DNA of 64,000 nucleotides from an uncultured Gemmatimonadaceae bacterium. Its GTDB lineage: Bacteria; Gemmatimonadota; Gemmatimonadetes; Gemmatimonadales; Gemmatimonadaceae. Position 1 is the stretch's first letter. Each line of letters starts with the position of its first letter. The stretch spans positions 320,001 to 384,000 of the forward strand of contig CAWBOC010000009.1 of assembly GCA_963790305.1 (NCBI GenBank). The letters are read 5' to 3'. Below are positions 20,682 through 29,546 of this stretch, in pieces. The translations under genes were made by a program, and so were the position numbers. A model generated the notes under the pieces. That model saw only the letters and a list, made by a program, of their open reading frames with translations, was not told where the DNA came from and did not search any database.

Positions 20682-21604
20682 GTCGACGGCGGCGGAGGCG
20701 CTCCCGGAACGACGCGACGCACCACGCCGCGGGACGAGGCGAGCAGTCGCTCCGCCTCCTCGCGCGTCGTCGAGAGCTTCTGCATAACGATCGCCGTTTT
20801 CACGCTCCCGTGCGCGGCGTGGATCAGGCGACGTGCCGCCTCGCGCTCGACCCCGCAGACCTCCATCAGAATGCGCTCGCCGCGGTCGACGAGCTTCTGA
20901 CTCATCGCGCGAAGGTCCACCATGAGGTTGCCGTAGGTCTTCCCGAGGCGAATCATGGCCCCGGTCGTAATCATGTTCAGGACGAGCTTGGTCGCGGTGC
21001 CGGCCTTGAGCCGCGTGGATCCGGTGACGACCTCGGGCCCGGTGAGGGGAACGATCGCGACATCCACCCGCTCCACGAGGTCCGCGGGCGGGGGCGAGCA
21101 GGCGAGAATCGCCGTGCGAGACCCGCGCTCGATCGCGCGCTCGAGTGCGCCACGCACGTAGGGCGTCGTGCCTGACGCGGCGATCCCGACCACGAAATCG
21201 TTGGACCCGACCTCGCGCTCATCCATGGCGGCAGCGCCGTCGGTGGCGACGTCCTCGGCCCCCTCCTGCGACTTCGTAAGCGCGGGGAAGCCGCCGGCAA
21301 TGATCCCCTGCACCATCTCCGGATCGGTGCCGAAGGTCGGCGGGCATTCACTGGCATCGAGCACGCCGAGCCGACCCGACGTGCCGGCGCCAATGTAAAA
21401 GAGCCGGCCCCCCGCGCGAAAGGCCTCCTCGGCAAGCTCGATTGCGCGCGTGATTCCATCGCGCTGCGTCGCCACCGCCTCGGGCACGCTTCGATCTTCG
21501 GCATTCATGAGATCGACTATCTCGGCCGGAGACGCGAGGTCGATGCTGGCGGTACGCGGATTCCGCCGCTCGGTCAGGCGCGGATCGATGAAAGACAGCG
21601 TCAA
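20678..21604 (-). CDS. murQ: N-acetylmuramic acid 6-phosphate etherase
   Basis: TERRNP, GAGTSGRLGVLDASECPPTFG, GIAASGTTPYV, GPEVVTGSTRLKAGTATK; start uncertain (TTG 21604 or ATG 21655). Confidence 0.95.
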   Translation of the reverse strand: MTLSFIDPRLTERRNPRTASIDLASPAEIVDLMNAEDRSVPEAVATQRDGITRAIELAEEAFRAGGRLFYIGAGTSGRLGVLDASECPPTFGTDPEMVQGIIAGGFPALTKSQEGAEDVATDGAAAMDEREVGSNDFVVGIAASGTTPYVRGALERAIERGSRTAILACSPPPADLVERVDVAIVPLTGPEVVTGSTRLKAGTATKLVLNMITTGAMIRLGKTYGNLMVDLRAMSQKLVDRGERILMEVCGVEREAARRLIHAAHGSVKTAIVMQKLSTTREEAERLLASSRGVVRRVVPGAPPPPST

Positions 21605-21739
21605 TCGCGAAGCAGTTCGAGGGATTCTGACGGGGATAACGTTTGGCCGGCGCATGCCAGGGTCGCGGGCGCAGTGCGCCCCGCATTCCGGAATTCGCGC
21701 CCCTTCCCCTATCTTACCCATCACCCATCCCCTCGACCA

Positions 21740-22391
21740 GTGCAATTTACTCTCGCTCGTGTTCTCACGGTCGCGCTCGGCGTGACGATTTTCACCGCTG
21801 ACGCCGCCGCACAGATTCTGCAGCTGCCGACCAAGCGGCGCGATGTCGTGTGGGCGACGGCGTGGGCGGGGTATTACGATCCTGGTTCCTTCGCCGATGG
21901 CCGCACGAACACCGACTGGCTTTTCTCGGATGGGCTCGGGTGGCGCGCGTCGCTCGAGTACGGGATCGGCGGTGGATCGGCGATCGGCATCCTGGGAACG
22001 TTCGCGCGAATGCCGCTCGAAGTCCGCAGCCGAACCGGAGCGCTTTCGCGCGACGCCAATGGGGACATTCTCTCGCTGCAGGCGCTCTTTCACGGAGGCG
22101 GTGGTGCGGGCCTCCACCAGGTGATCGAAGTCTCCGCGGGCGTGATCGAGTTTCGGAACTTTCGCGCGAAGGACAACGGCGAAAACATTGGTCCGCCGGA
22201 TGGCGATCGCGATCTTACCTTCGCGCTGGGATACGGATTCGGCTTTGGAATCTCCAATCGGGCACAGATCGCGCTCGTGCAGGACTTCGGGTACACGTTT
22301 CACCAGCGAGAATGGCCTTCCCGCAAGCTCGTCCCGCACGACAATGAATCGGTCAACGCGCATCGGGCTCCGCGTAGGCTTTGGCGGGTAG
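21740..22391 (+). CDS. Putative small outer-membrane beta-barrel protein; frameshift near 22308
   Basis: Signal peptide ending ADAAAQ; alternating aromatic/Gly strands; the alternative frame supplies a plausible last strand STRIGLRVGFGG. Confidence 0.6.
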
Positions 22392-22392
22392 C

Positions 22393-24144
22393 ATGCGCTT
22401 CTTCGGATTCCTGGAGCATCGAATGACTGCTGGACGGCGGGTTGGTCTTGCCCTCTTGCTCATCACGGTGGCCACATGCAGGCCGCCCTGGAGCCGTTCG
22501 AGCGGCCTCTTTCCCGCGGAATGGCGTTTCAGCTCGGGGCGCACCGCCGCGTATGCGCCGAGCGCGATGGTCTCCAGCAACGACTCGCTGGCGAGCCTGG
22601 CCGGGGTGGAGATTCTGCGCCGGGGCGGCAACGCGGTAGACGCCGCGGTCGCGGTCGGATTCGCGCTGGCGGTGACGTATCCCGAGGCCGGCAACCTCGG
22701 CGGCGGTGGATATATGGTCATCCGAATGGCCGACGGCCGCACCGCCGCGCTCGACTATCGCGAGCGTGCGCCGCGGGGCGCCACGCGCGACATGTATTCG
22801 CAGACCTACGCCAGCGTTCCCAACGCGAGCCTGGTCGGTCATCTCGCGTCCGGCGTTCCTGGCGCGGTGGCGGGAATGGTCGAGGCGCACGCGAAATACG
22901 GCATCCTCCCGCTCGTCGATGTGCTTGCTCCGGCGATTCGCCTTGCCGACTCCGGGTTCACGGTCGACTCGGCGCTGGCGCGGTCGCTGGAGAATGCACG
23001 TGAGCTCATTGCGGCCTACGCGGGCGGTGCGCTCTTCATGCCTAACGGCGTTCCGCTGCCGCGAGGAACCCGCCTGGCGCAACCAGACCTCGCCAACACG
23101 CTTCGGCGCATCGCCGAGCGCGGGGCGCCAGGCTTCTACGAGGGGGAGACGGCGCGCCTGCTGGCCGAGGAGATGCGTCGCGGCGGTGGTCTGATCACCG
23201 AAGAAGATCTGCGCGACTATCGCCCGGCATGGAGGGCCGCCCTCGAAGGCACATATCGGGGATACCGGCTCATCGGAATGCCGCCGTCCTCGTCGGGCGG
23301 CGTGACGATGATGGAGACGCTCAACATTCTCGAGACATTCCCCGACCTGCCCCCGTTCGGAAGCGCCGCGTACACGCACGTGCTCACCGAGGCGTTTCGT
23401 CGAGCCTTCATCGACCGCAACACAAAGCTCGGCGATCCCGATTTCGTCAGCGTTCCCGTCGTGCGCCTGACGAGCGACTCGTACGCCCGTGAGCTCGCCG
23501 CCACGATCGATCCGGCCCGCGCATCCGTCACGGTGGCGTTCGACAGCGCGGCCCGGGAGAGCGACCACACCACGCACTACTCGGTGGTGGACGCGGCCGG
23601 CAACGCGGTCGCAACGACGACGACGATCAACGAGCTGTACGGCTCCGGGGTGTACATTCCCGGTGCGGGCTTCTTCATGAACAACGAGATGGATGACTTC
23701 GCCACGCGCCCTGGCGAGCCCAATCTCTTTGGCCTGGTGCAGGGGGAGACGAACGCCATCGCGCCAGGCAAGCGCATGCTGAGCGCAATGTCTCCGACGA
23801 TCGTCCTCGACACGGCGGGGGCGGTAGTTCTCGTCCTGGGCGGACGCGGTGGTCCGCGCATCATCTCCAGCACGCTGCAGGTGGTCGTAAACGTGATCGA
23901 TCACGGGATGAGCCTCGCCGACGCCCTGGCGGCGCCGCGCATCCACCATCAGGCGTGGCCGGATACGCTACGGTACGAGCAGGAGGGCCTCACGGCGGCA
24001 GTCGTCGATTCGCTCCGCGCAATGGGCCACGGGGTGTCCGCTGGACGTGCGAGCGGATTGGTGAAGGCGATCATGCGTGCGCCAGGCGGAGGATGGCACG
24101 GAGCGTACGATCCTCGGTCGTCTGGGGGCGCGGTCGGATACTGA
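22393..24144 (+). CDS. ggt: Gamma-glutamyltranspeptidase
   Basis: GGNAVDAAVA, GNLGGGG, GVPGAVAG, PPSSSGG, autoprocessing site HTTHYSVVD, NNEMDDF, RMLSAMSPTIV, PRIHHQ. Confidence 0.95.
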   Translation: MRFFGFLEHRMTAGRRVGLALLLITVATCRPPWSRSSGLFPAEWRFSSGRTAAYAPSAMVSSNDSLASLAGVEILRRGGNAVDAAVAVGFALAVTYPEAGNLGGGGYMVIRMADGRTAALDYRERAPRGATRDMYSQTYASVPNASLVGHLASGVPGAVAGMVEAHAKYGILPLVDVLAPAIRLADSGFTVDSALARSLENARELIAAYAGGALFMPNGVPLPRGTRLAQPDLANTLRRIAERGAPGFYEGETARLLAEEMRRGGGLITEEDLRDYRPAWRAALEGTYRGYRLIGMPPSSSGGVTMMETLNILETFPDLPPFGSAAYTHVLTEAFRRAFIDRNTKLGDPDFVSVPVVRLTSDSYARELAATIDPARASVTVAFDSAARESDHTTHYSVVDAAGNAVATTTTINELYGSGVYIPGAGFFMNNEMDDFATRPGEPNLFGLVQGETNAIAPGKRMLSAMSPTIVLDTAGAVVLVLGGRGGPRIISSTLQVVVNVIDHGMSLADALAAPRIHHQAWPDTLRYEQEGLTAAVVDSLRAMGHGVSAGRASGLVKAIMRAPGGGWHGAYDPRSSGGAVGY

Positions 24145-24167
24145 CGCTCAATGGGAACGGCCGAGAC

Positions 24168-24268
24168 GTCAGAGGTCAGAATACGGATTTCAGAATTCAG
24201 AAACGACTACGGGGAGCCACCAGCTGGCTCCCCGTAGGTTCTTTCCGAATTCTGAATTCTGTTTTGCT
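24168..24268. repeat. Hairpin with tandem heptamer arms (TCAGAAT-like / ATTCTGA-like) around a 13-bp stem; probable bidirectional terminator
   Basis: Core CTACGGGGAGCCA-ccagc-TGGCTCCCCGTAG (24207-24237) flanked by degenerate heptamer arrays; lies between convergent genes. Confidence 0.8.
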
Positions 24269-24300
24269 GTTCAAGCAACCCGCCTGCACGCGCGCGATGC

Positions 24301-25152
24301 TTATTCGGCCTGGATCTGCGCTGCCGAGTTGAGCTTCACCGTAATGTTGCCGCCGTTCGGGATGCAGCCAGCGTAGTCGCCCGTGCCCATCGCGACCGCC
24401 GTACCCGCGGCAGCGCCCGTCGCCGCGCCAATCACGGTCGACTTGGTGTCCTTGCCGAGGATCTGGCCGATGACCGCGCCGGCGATGGCGCCGCCGATCA
24501 CCTTCTTCGCATCGTCGCCCTTCGTCGATTCACGCTGGGTCTCGGTCGCAACGGCGGTGATCGACGCGTCGATCGGATAGGTCTTGCCGTTGAAGCGTAC
24601 CGACTGCACGACGAGGCCGAGGCGCGCCGGGTCGTTCGCATTCTCGGAGCGTTCCACCGAGGTCACTTGGACGACGGCGGTGGCACCGGCGGGAATCACC
24701 GCGCCGTTGGAGCCCTGCACTGCATTCGTCACCGTGGCGGTAAACCTGTCGCCCGGCTTGTGCGTGTTGGTGCAGACGCGTGCGCCCGAGGTCAGCGCGA
24801 TCGTCGTGCCCGCGCCGATGCTCGCAACGCGGCCTTCACTACCGCTCGGCGACGTCGAGACACGGTTGCCGCTCGGCGTCGTGCTCGGCGTGCTTGGCCG
24901 AGGTGCCGGCGTGGCGGGTCTCGACGTGCTTGGACGTGACGTGCTCGGCCGGCTCACATTGCCGCCGCTCGATGAAGTCGCGGGGACGTCGCTCAGCTGC
25001 GGCTGCAATGTGTCGCTGTTCGCGAGCTCGAGATCGCGGTTCAGCGCCGCGGTGTCGCCCGCCAGGTCATCGCCATCGTCTCGACAGGCGCCAACCGAAA
25101 GAACCGCCGCAAGTGCGAGCGGGGTGACAGCCCACCGGATATATTTCGACAT
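24301..25152 (-). CDS. Lipoprotein with Ser/Pro/Thr linker and glycine-zipper-containing C-terminal domain
   Basis: Lipobox SVGAC; SRPST repeats; KVIGGAIAGAVIGQILG...IGAATGAAAGTA; GGAGG RBS upstream. Confidence 0.75.
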   Translation of the reverse strand: MSKYIRWAVTPLALAAVLSVGACRDDGDDLAGDTAALNRDLELANSDTLQPQLSDVPATSSSGGNVSRPSTSRPSTSRPATPAPRPSTPSTTPSGNRVSTSPSGSEGRVASIGAGTTIALTSGARVCTNTHKPGDRFTATVTNAVQGSNGAVIPAGATAVVQVTSVERSENANDPARLGLVVQSVRFNGKTYPIDASITAVATETQRESTKGDDAKKVIGGAIAGAVIGQILGKDTKSTVIGAATGAAAGTAVAMGTGDYAGCIPNGGNITVKLNSAAQIQAE

Positions 25153-25275
25153 ATTGCCTCCCTCTAGGGTCGTACTGCGTTCTGTAAACGCTTGCAATCT
25201 GCATCGTTACGTGCGGCCGGCGCTTCGTGACATGCCGCGCACATCAATGATATCCGGGCAAGGGGTGTGCCAGTC

Positions 25276-27063
25276 ATGAGGGCTCTCTGGCAACTCCTTC
25301 CCTACTATCGGCCCTACCGTAGGCGGTTCGTCGCCGGCCTGGCCCTCGTGATTGTCTCGTCCGGGTTGGCTGGGATCATCCCCTGGCTGCTCCGCCGAGC
25401 CATCGATGACATGCGTGCCGGCACGTCCGCCGGGCGCATTGTGCTCATCGCCGCCAGTATGGTGGCCATCGCACTCCTCAGCGGTGCCGCGCGCTACGGG
25501 ATGCGCGACCTCATGAACGGCGTGTCGCGATCGATCGAGTACGATCTGCGCAATGGCCTGTTCCGCCACCTCGCCTCGCTCAATGCGTCGTTCTTCGCCT
25601 CGATGCGCACCGGCGACATCATGGCCCGCCTAACGAACGATCTCAGCGCGGTCCGGATGGCGGTGGGTCCGGCGATCATGTATCTCGTCAACACGATCGC
25701 GGGTGGCGCCTTCGCGCTCGTCTTCATGCTGAGCATCGATCCGCGGTTCACGCTCGTCGCCCTGCTGCCCGTCGTGCTGTTGCCGATCATCATGGCGAAG
25801 GGCGGCACGGCCATTCACCATCGCTTCGAGGCGGTGCAGGAGCACTTCTCGACGATGACCACCCGTGCCCAGGAGAACATCTCCGGAGCGCGGATCGTCA
25901 AGGCCTATCGGCAGGAGAGACCCGAAATCGATCGCTGGCGTGACATGAACGAGGAGTACGTCCGCCGGAACATGCGCCTCGTGCGGCTGTGGGGCCTGTT
26001 GAACCCGGGATTCTCGCTGCTGGCGGGGTTGGGAGGCGTCATCGTGCTCGGGTACGGCGGGCGCCTCGTACTCGCGGGAGAGATTTCGGTCGGCTCGCTG
26101 GTCGCGTTCGGCTTTTATCTGGGGATGCTCACCTGGCCCCTCATAGCGCTCGGCTGGGTGACGAACCTCTTTCAGCGCGGGGCGGCGTCCCTGGCACGGC
26201 TCAACCAGATCGTTCACGCGCGCTCGGCGATCCGCGAGCGCGCGGATCCTCGCCCGCTTCCACCGGCCCGAGCGGGACGCTCGATCGAATTCCGCAACGT
26301 CGGGTTCCACTACCCCGTAAGACAGGGGGAGACGCCACGGTGGGTGCTGCGAGAGATCTCGTTCTCGCTTCCCCCAGGTGGGACGCTGGGCGTGGTGGGA
26401 GCGACCGGCAGCGGCAAGAGCGCGCTCATCGACCTCGTTCCGCGCATTCACGACCCCCAGGAAGGGGAGATTCTCATCGACGGCCTGTCGATTCGCGACC
26501 TTTCTCTCGCCGCTCTGCGAGCCGAGATCGGGTACGTGCCACAGGAGACCTTCCTGTTCAGTGATACCGTCCGAGCCAACCTGCTGTACGGCGCGGAGGA
26601 CCTGTCATCGACCGAGTGGGCGGCGGGCGTCGCCCAGCTGGACGAGACCATCGCAGAATTTCCTGGCGGATATGAAACACTTCTGGGCGAACGCGGTATC
26701 AATCTCTCCGGCGGGCAAAAACAACGCGCAGCACTGGCGCGAGCGCTCGCCCGGCGGCCCGGAATCGTCCTGCTGGACGACGCGCTCTCAGCCGTCGACT
26801 CTCACACCGAAGCAGAGATTCTCCACGGCCTTCGCGACGCGCTGGGCGGTCGGACGGCGATCATCGCCTCGCACCGAATCAGCGCTATCCGCGAAGCCAG
26901 CTGGATCATTGTGCTCGACGACGGACGGATCGTCGAAGAAGGACGTCACGCGGAGCTGCTCGCCGCTGGCGGTCGGTATTGGTCGCTGCTGAACCGCCAA
27001 CTGCTCGAGGACTCGATCGAGCACGAACGCGACGTCATGGCACCGAGTGCCATTTCTCAATAA
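25276..27063 (+). CDS. ABC exporter, fused TMD-NBD (MdlA/MsbA-like)
   Basis: Six TM segments; GATGSGKS; VPQE; LSGGQKQR; LLDDALSAVD; SHR. Confidence 0.93.
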   Translation: MRALWQLLPYYRPYRRRFVAGLALVIVSSGLAGIIPWLLRRAIDDMRAGTSAGRIVLIAASMVAIALLSGAARYGMRDLMNGVSRSIEYDLRNGLFRHLASLNASFFASMRTGDIMARLTNDLSAVRMAVGPAIMYLVNTIAGGAFALVFMLSIDPRFTLVALLPVVLLPIIMAKGGTAIHHRFEAVQEHFSTMTTRAQENISGARIVKAYRQERPEIDRWRDMNEEYVRRNMRLVRLWGLLNPGFSLLAGLGGVIVLGYGGRLVLAGEISVGSLVAFGFYLGMLTWPLIALGWVTNLFQRGAASLARLNQIVHARSAIRERADPRPLPPARAGRSIEFRNVGFHYPVRQGETPRWVLREISFSLPPGGTLGVVGATGSGKSALIDLVPRIHDPQEGEILIDGLSIRDLSLAALRAEIGYVPQETFLFSDTVRANLLYGAEDLSSTEWAAGVAQLDETIAEFPGGYETLLGERGINLSGGQKQRAALARALARRPGIVLLDDALSAVDSHTEAEILHGLRDALGGRTAIIASHRISAIREASWIIVLDDGRIVEEGRHAELLAAGGRYWSLLNRQLLEDSIEHERDVMAPSAISQ

Positions 27064-27075
27064 CATTTGGACGTC

Positions 27076-27906
27076 ATGAAAACTACGCTGTCCGATCAGA
27101 TCAAGCTCGAGGCGCGCTCAATCGAAGAGCGTTTGGCGCTGTTCGAGGAGCAGCACCTTCAGCTCACCCGCCAGATCTCCGAGCTGCGCAACGAGGACGC
27201 GATGAAGACGCAGTTCCTCGCGAACATCTCGCATGATTTGCGTACGCCCCTGACCGCCATCATCACCCACGCCGAAATTCTGCGCGATGGCATCCTGGGC
27301 GAGCTCAATCCGCGACAGCGCGAAAGCGTCGTCGGCATGATCAACGGCGGTCGCCAGCTGCTCGACATGGTCAGCGACATCCTGACCTACGCGCGCAGCG
27401 CGGCCAATCAGCTCACCACGTCGCACACCGAGTTCGGCATTGAGGCGTTGATCCACCAGGTCACCACGCTCAATGGGCCGCTCATCGCCAAGCGGACGCT
27501 GACGCTGACCGTCGACGTCGCGCCGAATCTCCCCCACGTGCGCGCCGATCGCGACAAGATTCACCACGTCCTCAGCAACCTGCTCGGGAACGCCATCGAC
27601 TTCACATCGTCGGGCGGCCGCGTCTGGATCCGCGCCGCTGTGGCCTCCGAGGAGCCACGGCCGACGATCTTCGTGGAGGTCGGCGACACCGGGATCGGTA
27701 TCGCGCCGGAGCATCACGAGCTCGTCTTCCGCGAGTTCGCCCAGGTCGACGCCTCCCCCTCGCGGGCGCACCACGGCACGGGCCTGGGTCTGGCCATCGC
27801 GCGGAAGTTCGTCGAGCTCCACGACGGAAAGATCTGGGTCGAAAGCGCCCTCGGTCAGGGAAGCCGCTTCTGCTTTACCCTGCCGTGCCGACCAAGGACG
27901 GAGTGA
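27076..27906 (+). CDS. Cytoplasmic histidine kinase with a short coiled-coil N-terminus
   Basis: FLANISHDLRTPL, NLLGNAIDF, DTGIGI, GTGLGLAI. Confidence 0.9.
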   Translation: MKTTLSDQIKLEARSIEERLALFEEQHLQLTRQISELRNEDAMKTQFLANISHDLRTPLTAIITHAEILRDGILGELNPRQRESVVGMINGGRQLLDMVSDILTYARSAANQLTTSHTEFGIEALIHQVTTLNGPLIAKRTLTLTVDVAPNLPHVRADRDKIHHVLSNLLGNAIDFTSSGGRVWIRAAVASEEPRPTIFVEVGDTGIGIAPEHHELVFREFAQVDASPSRAHHGTGLGLAIARKFVELHDGKIWVESALGQGSRFCFTLPCRPRTE

Positions 27907-28292
27907 CGCCGGACACGGCCCACGTACTCGTCGTTGAAGACAACGCGCTCGTGACCAGTGCGATGCGCATTCTGCTCGAGGATGCCGCGTTTCGAGTGAG
28001 CACGGCCGCCAGCCTGGCTGAGGCGCACGCGCTCTGCCTGAAGGATCCGCCGGCCGCGATACTCCTCGATCTCCGTCTCCCGGACGGCGACGGGCTGTCT
28101 CTGCTCAAGCGACTCCGGGCAGACGGAATCGTCCCGGGCGTCGTCGTGGCGCTCACCGGGCGAGACGAGCCCGACATTCGCGCACGCTGCCTCCGGGCGG
28201 GGTGCCTCGACGTATTGCTGAAGCCGGTGGACGTCCGCTCGCTCGCGCCGCGGCTCAGGTCGTGGTTGGCAGCGAGCGCGGGCGCGTCCTAA
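27903..28292 (+). CDS. Single-domain response regulator
   Basis: VLVVEDN, ILLDLRLPDGDG, VALTG, LLKPV; GTGA overlap with the kinase. Confidence 0.9.
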   Translation: MTPDTAHVLVVEDNALVTSAMRILLEDAAFRVSTAASLAEAHALCLKDPPAAILLDLRLPDGDGLSLLKRLRADGIVPGVVVALTGRDEPDIRARCLRAGCLDVLLKPVDVRSLAPRLRSWLAASAGAS

Positions 28293-28600
28293 CGAGCGCT
28301 GCGATAGAACTCCTCGACGCACATCGTCACGACCGAGTCGAAGAGGGGACCGGTCTCCTCACGCGACATCCTGTGAAGCTCGGGGCGGCCCTGCCAGGTT
28401 CGCTTGAAGAGGACGATCAGCTCCTCGGCGCGCATGCCCTGTCGGCGCGCCTCCTCGCACACGGCTCGCATGGCACGCTGAACATCGAGTTCACGGGCGC
28501 CGCCATCGGACTGAAGGGCAAGCTCCAGGGTTCGATCGGTCACCGTCATGAGGTAAGACGAGGAGGATTCGCCCGCAATCGGAGCCTGTTCGAACTCCAT
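28289..28600 (-). CDS. Small helical hypothetical protein (103 aa)
   Basis: AAGGAGG RBS 5 nt before ATG 28600 and a near-consensus promoter upstream. Confidence 0.75.
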   Translation of the reverse strand: MEFEQAPIAGESSSSYLMTVTDRTLELALQSDGGARELDVQRAMRAVCEEARRQGMRAEELIVLFKRTWQGRPELHRMSREETGPLFDSVVTMCVEEFYRSAR

Positions 28601-28656
28601 GCAAGCCTCCTTGTTCCGTTCGCGGAGTGAGCAGCGTCGCTCACACGCCCGCACCC

Positions 28657-28685
28657 ATAATACGAAATGCGACCTAGCCTGTCAA
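28657..28685 (-). promoter_or_regulatory. Sigma70-type promoter TTGACA-N17-TATTAT
   Basis: Minus strand: TTGACA (28685-28680), 17-nt spacer, TATTAT (28662-28657). Confidence 0.75.
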
Positions 28686-28780
28686 GCTACTGTCGTATAA
28701 GGAGTTATGGCACATCGATGAGCGGCGCGAACCCTTCAGTGCCCTGTCGTTCAACGCGCTGTTGCGAACGTTAGGCAACG

Positions 28781-29509
28781 TCAAATGCGGTTTCGTATCG
28801 CGTCGGGCGTCAGTCGCTGCAGGTACCCCGCGAGAACGGTGAAATAGTCCGTAAGGAGCAGCACGCCGACCAGAATCAGCAACACGCCACCCGCTCTGCT
28901 GACCCACATCATGTGGCGTCGCACGCGCGTGAAGAACGAGATGAAGTGATTGATGGCCAGCGACGCGGCGAGAAACGGGACGGCCAGGCCCATCGAGTAC
29001 GCGGTCAGCAGGCCGAGACCGCGCCCGAGATCAGCGGAGCTCGACGTGTAGATGAGAATGGAGCCGAGAATCGGGCCTATGCACGGCGTCCATCCCGCGC
29101 CGAAGGCGATCCCGACGAGCACCGTGCCCAAGTACCCAATCGGCTTGTCCGCCAGGTGCACCCGGCGCTCACGCGCCAGCACCGCCATATTGAACGCGCC
29201 GAGCAGATACAGGCCGAAGACGATGACGAGGACGCCCCCCACGCGGCTGATCCACTCCCGATACACGAGCAGTGCACGCCCCAACACCGTCGCGGTCGCC
29301 CCAAGCGCCAGGAAGATGAGCGTGAAGCCGAGGATGAACAGCAGCGAGTGGATGAGCGCGAGACGGCGCGTCTTCTGCACTTCCTCCAGGCTCAGTCCGG
29401 TGATAAACGTGACGTAGCTCGGAATGAGTGGCAGAACGCACGGCGACAAAAAGCTCAGCAACCCGGCGGTAAACGCGATGACGATGCCCAACGAGGCTGT
29501 TTCTTCCAT
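28781..29509 (-). CDS. ccdA: Cytochrome c biogenesis protein CcdA
   Basis: AGLLSFLSPCVLPLIP and GWTPCIGPILG; six TM helices. Confidence 0.93.
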   Translation of the reverse strand: MEETASLGIVIAFTAGLLSFLSPCVLPLIPSYVTFITGLSLEEVQKTRRLALIHSLLFILGFTLIFLALGATATVLGRALLVYREWISRVGGVLVIVFGLYLLGAFNMAVLARERRVHLADKPIGYLGTVLVGIAFGAGWTPCIGPILGSILIYTSSSADLGRGLGLLTAYSMGLAVPFLAASLAINHFISFFTRVRRHMMWVSRAGGVLLILVGVLLLTDYFTVLAGYLQRLTPDAIRNRI

Positions 29510-29546
29510 GCAGGCTCCGAGGGTGGAGCGCCGGCGCCGCAAGCGC

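Noticed and set aside
24900..24955. Repeated DNA inside the lipoprotein gene
   Set aside because: It encodes a low-complexity SRPST linker and is an ordinary protein-level repeat.
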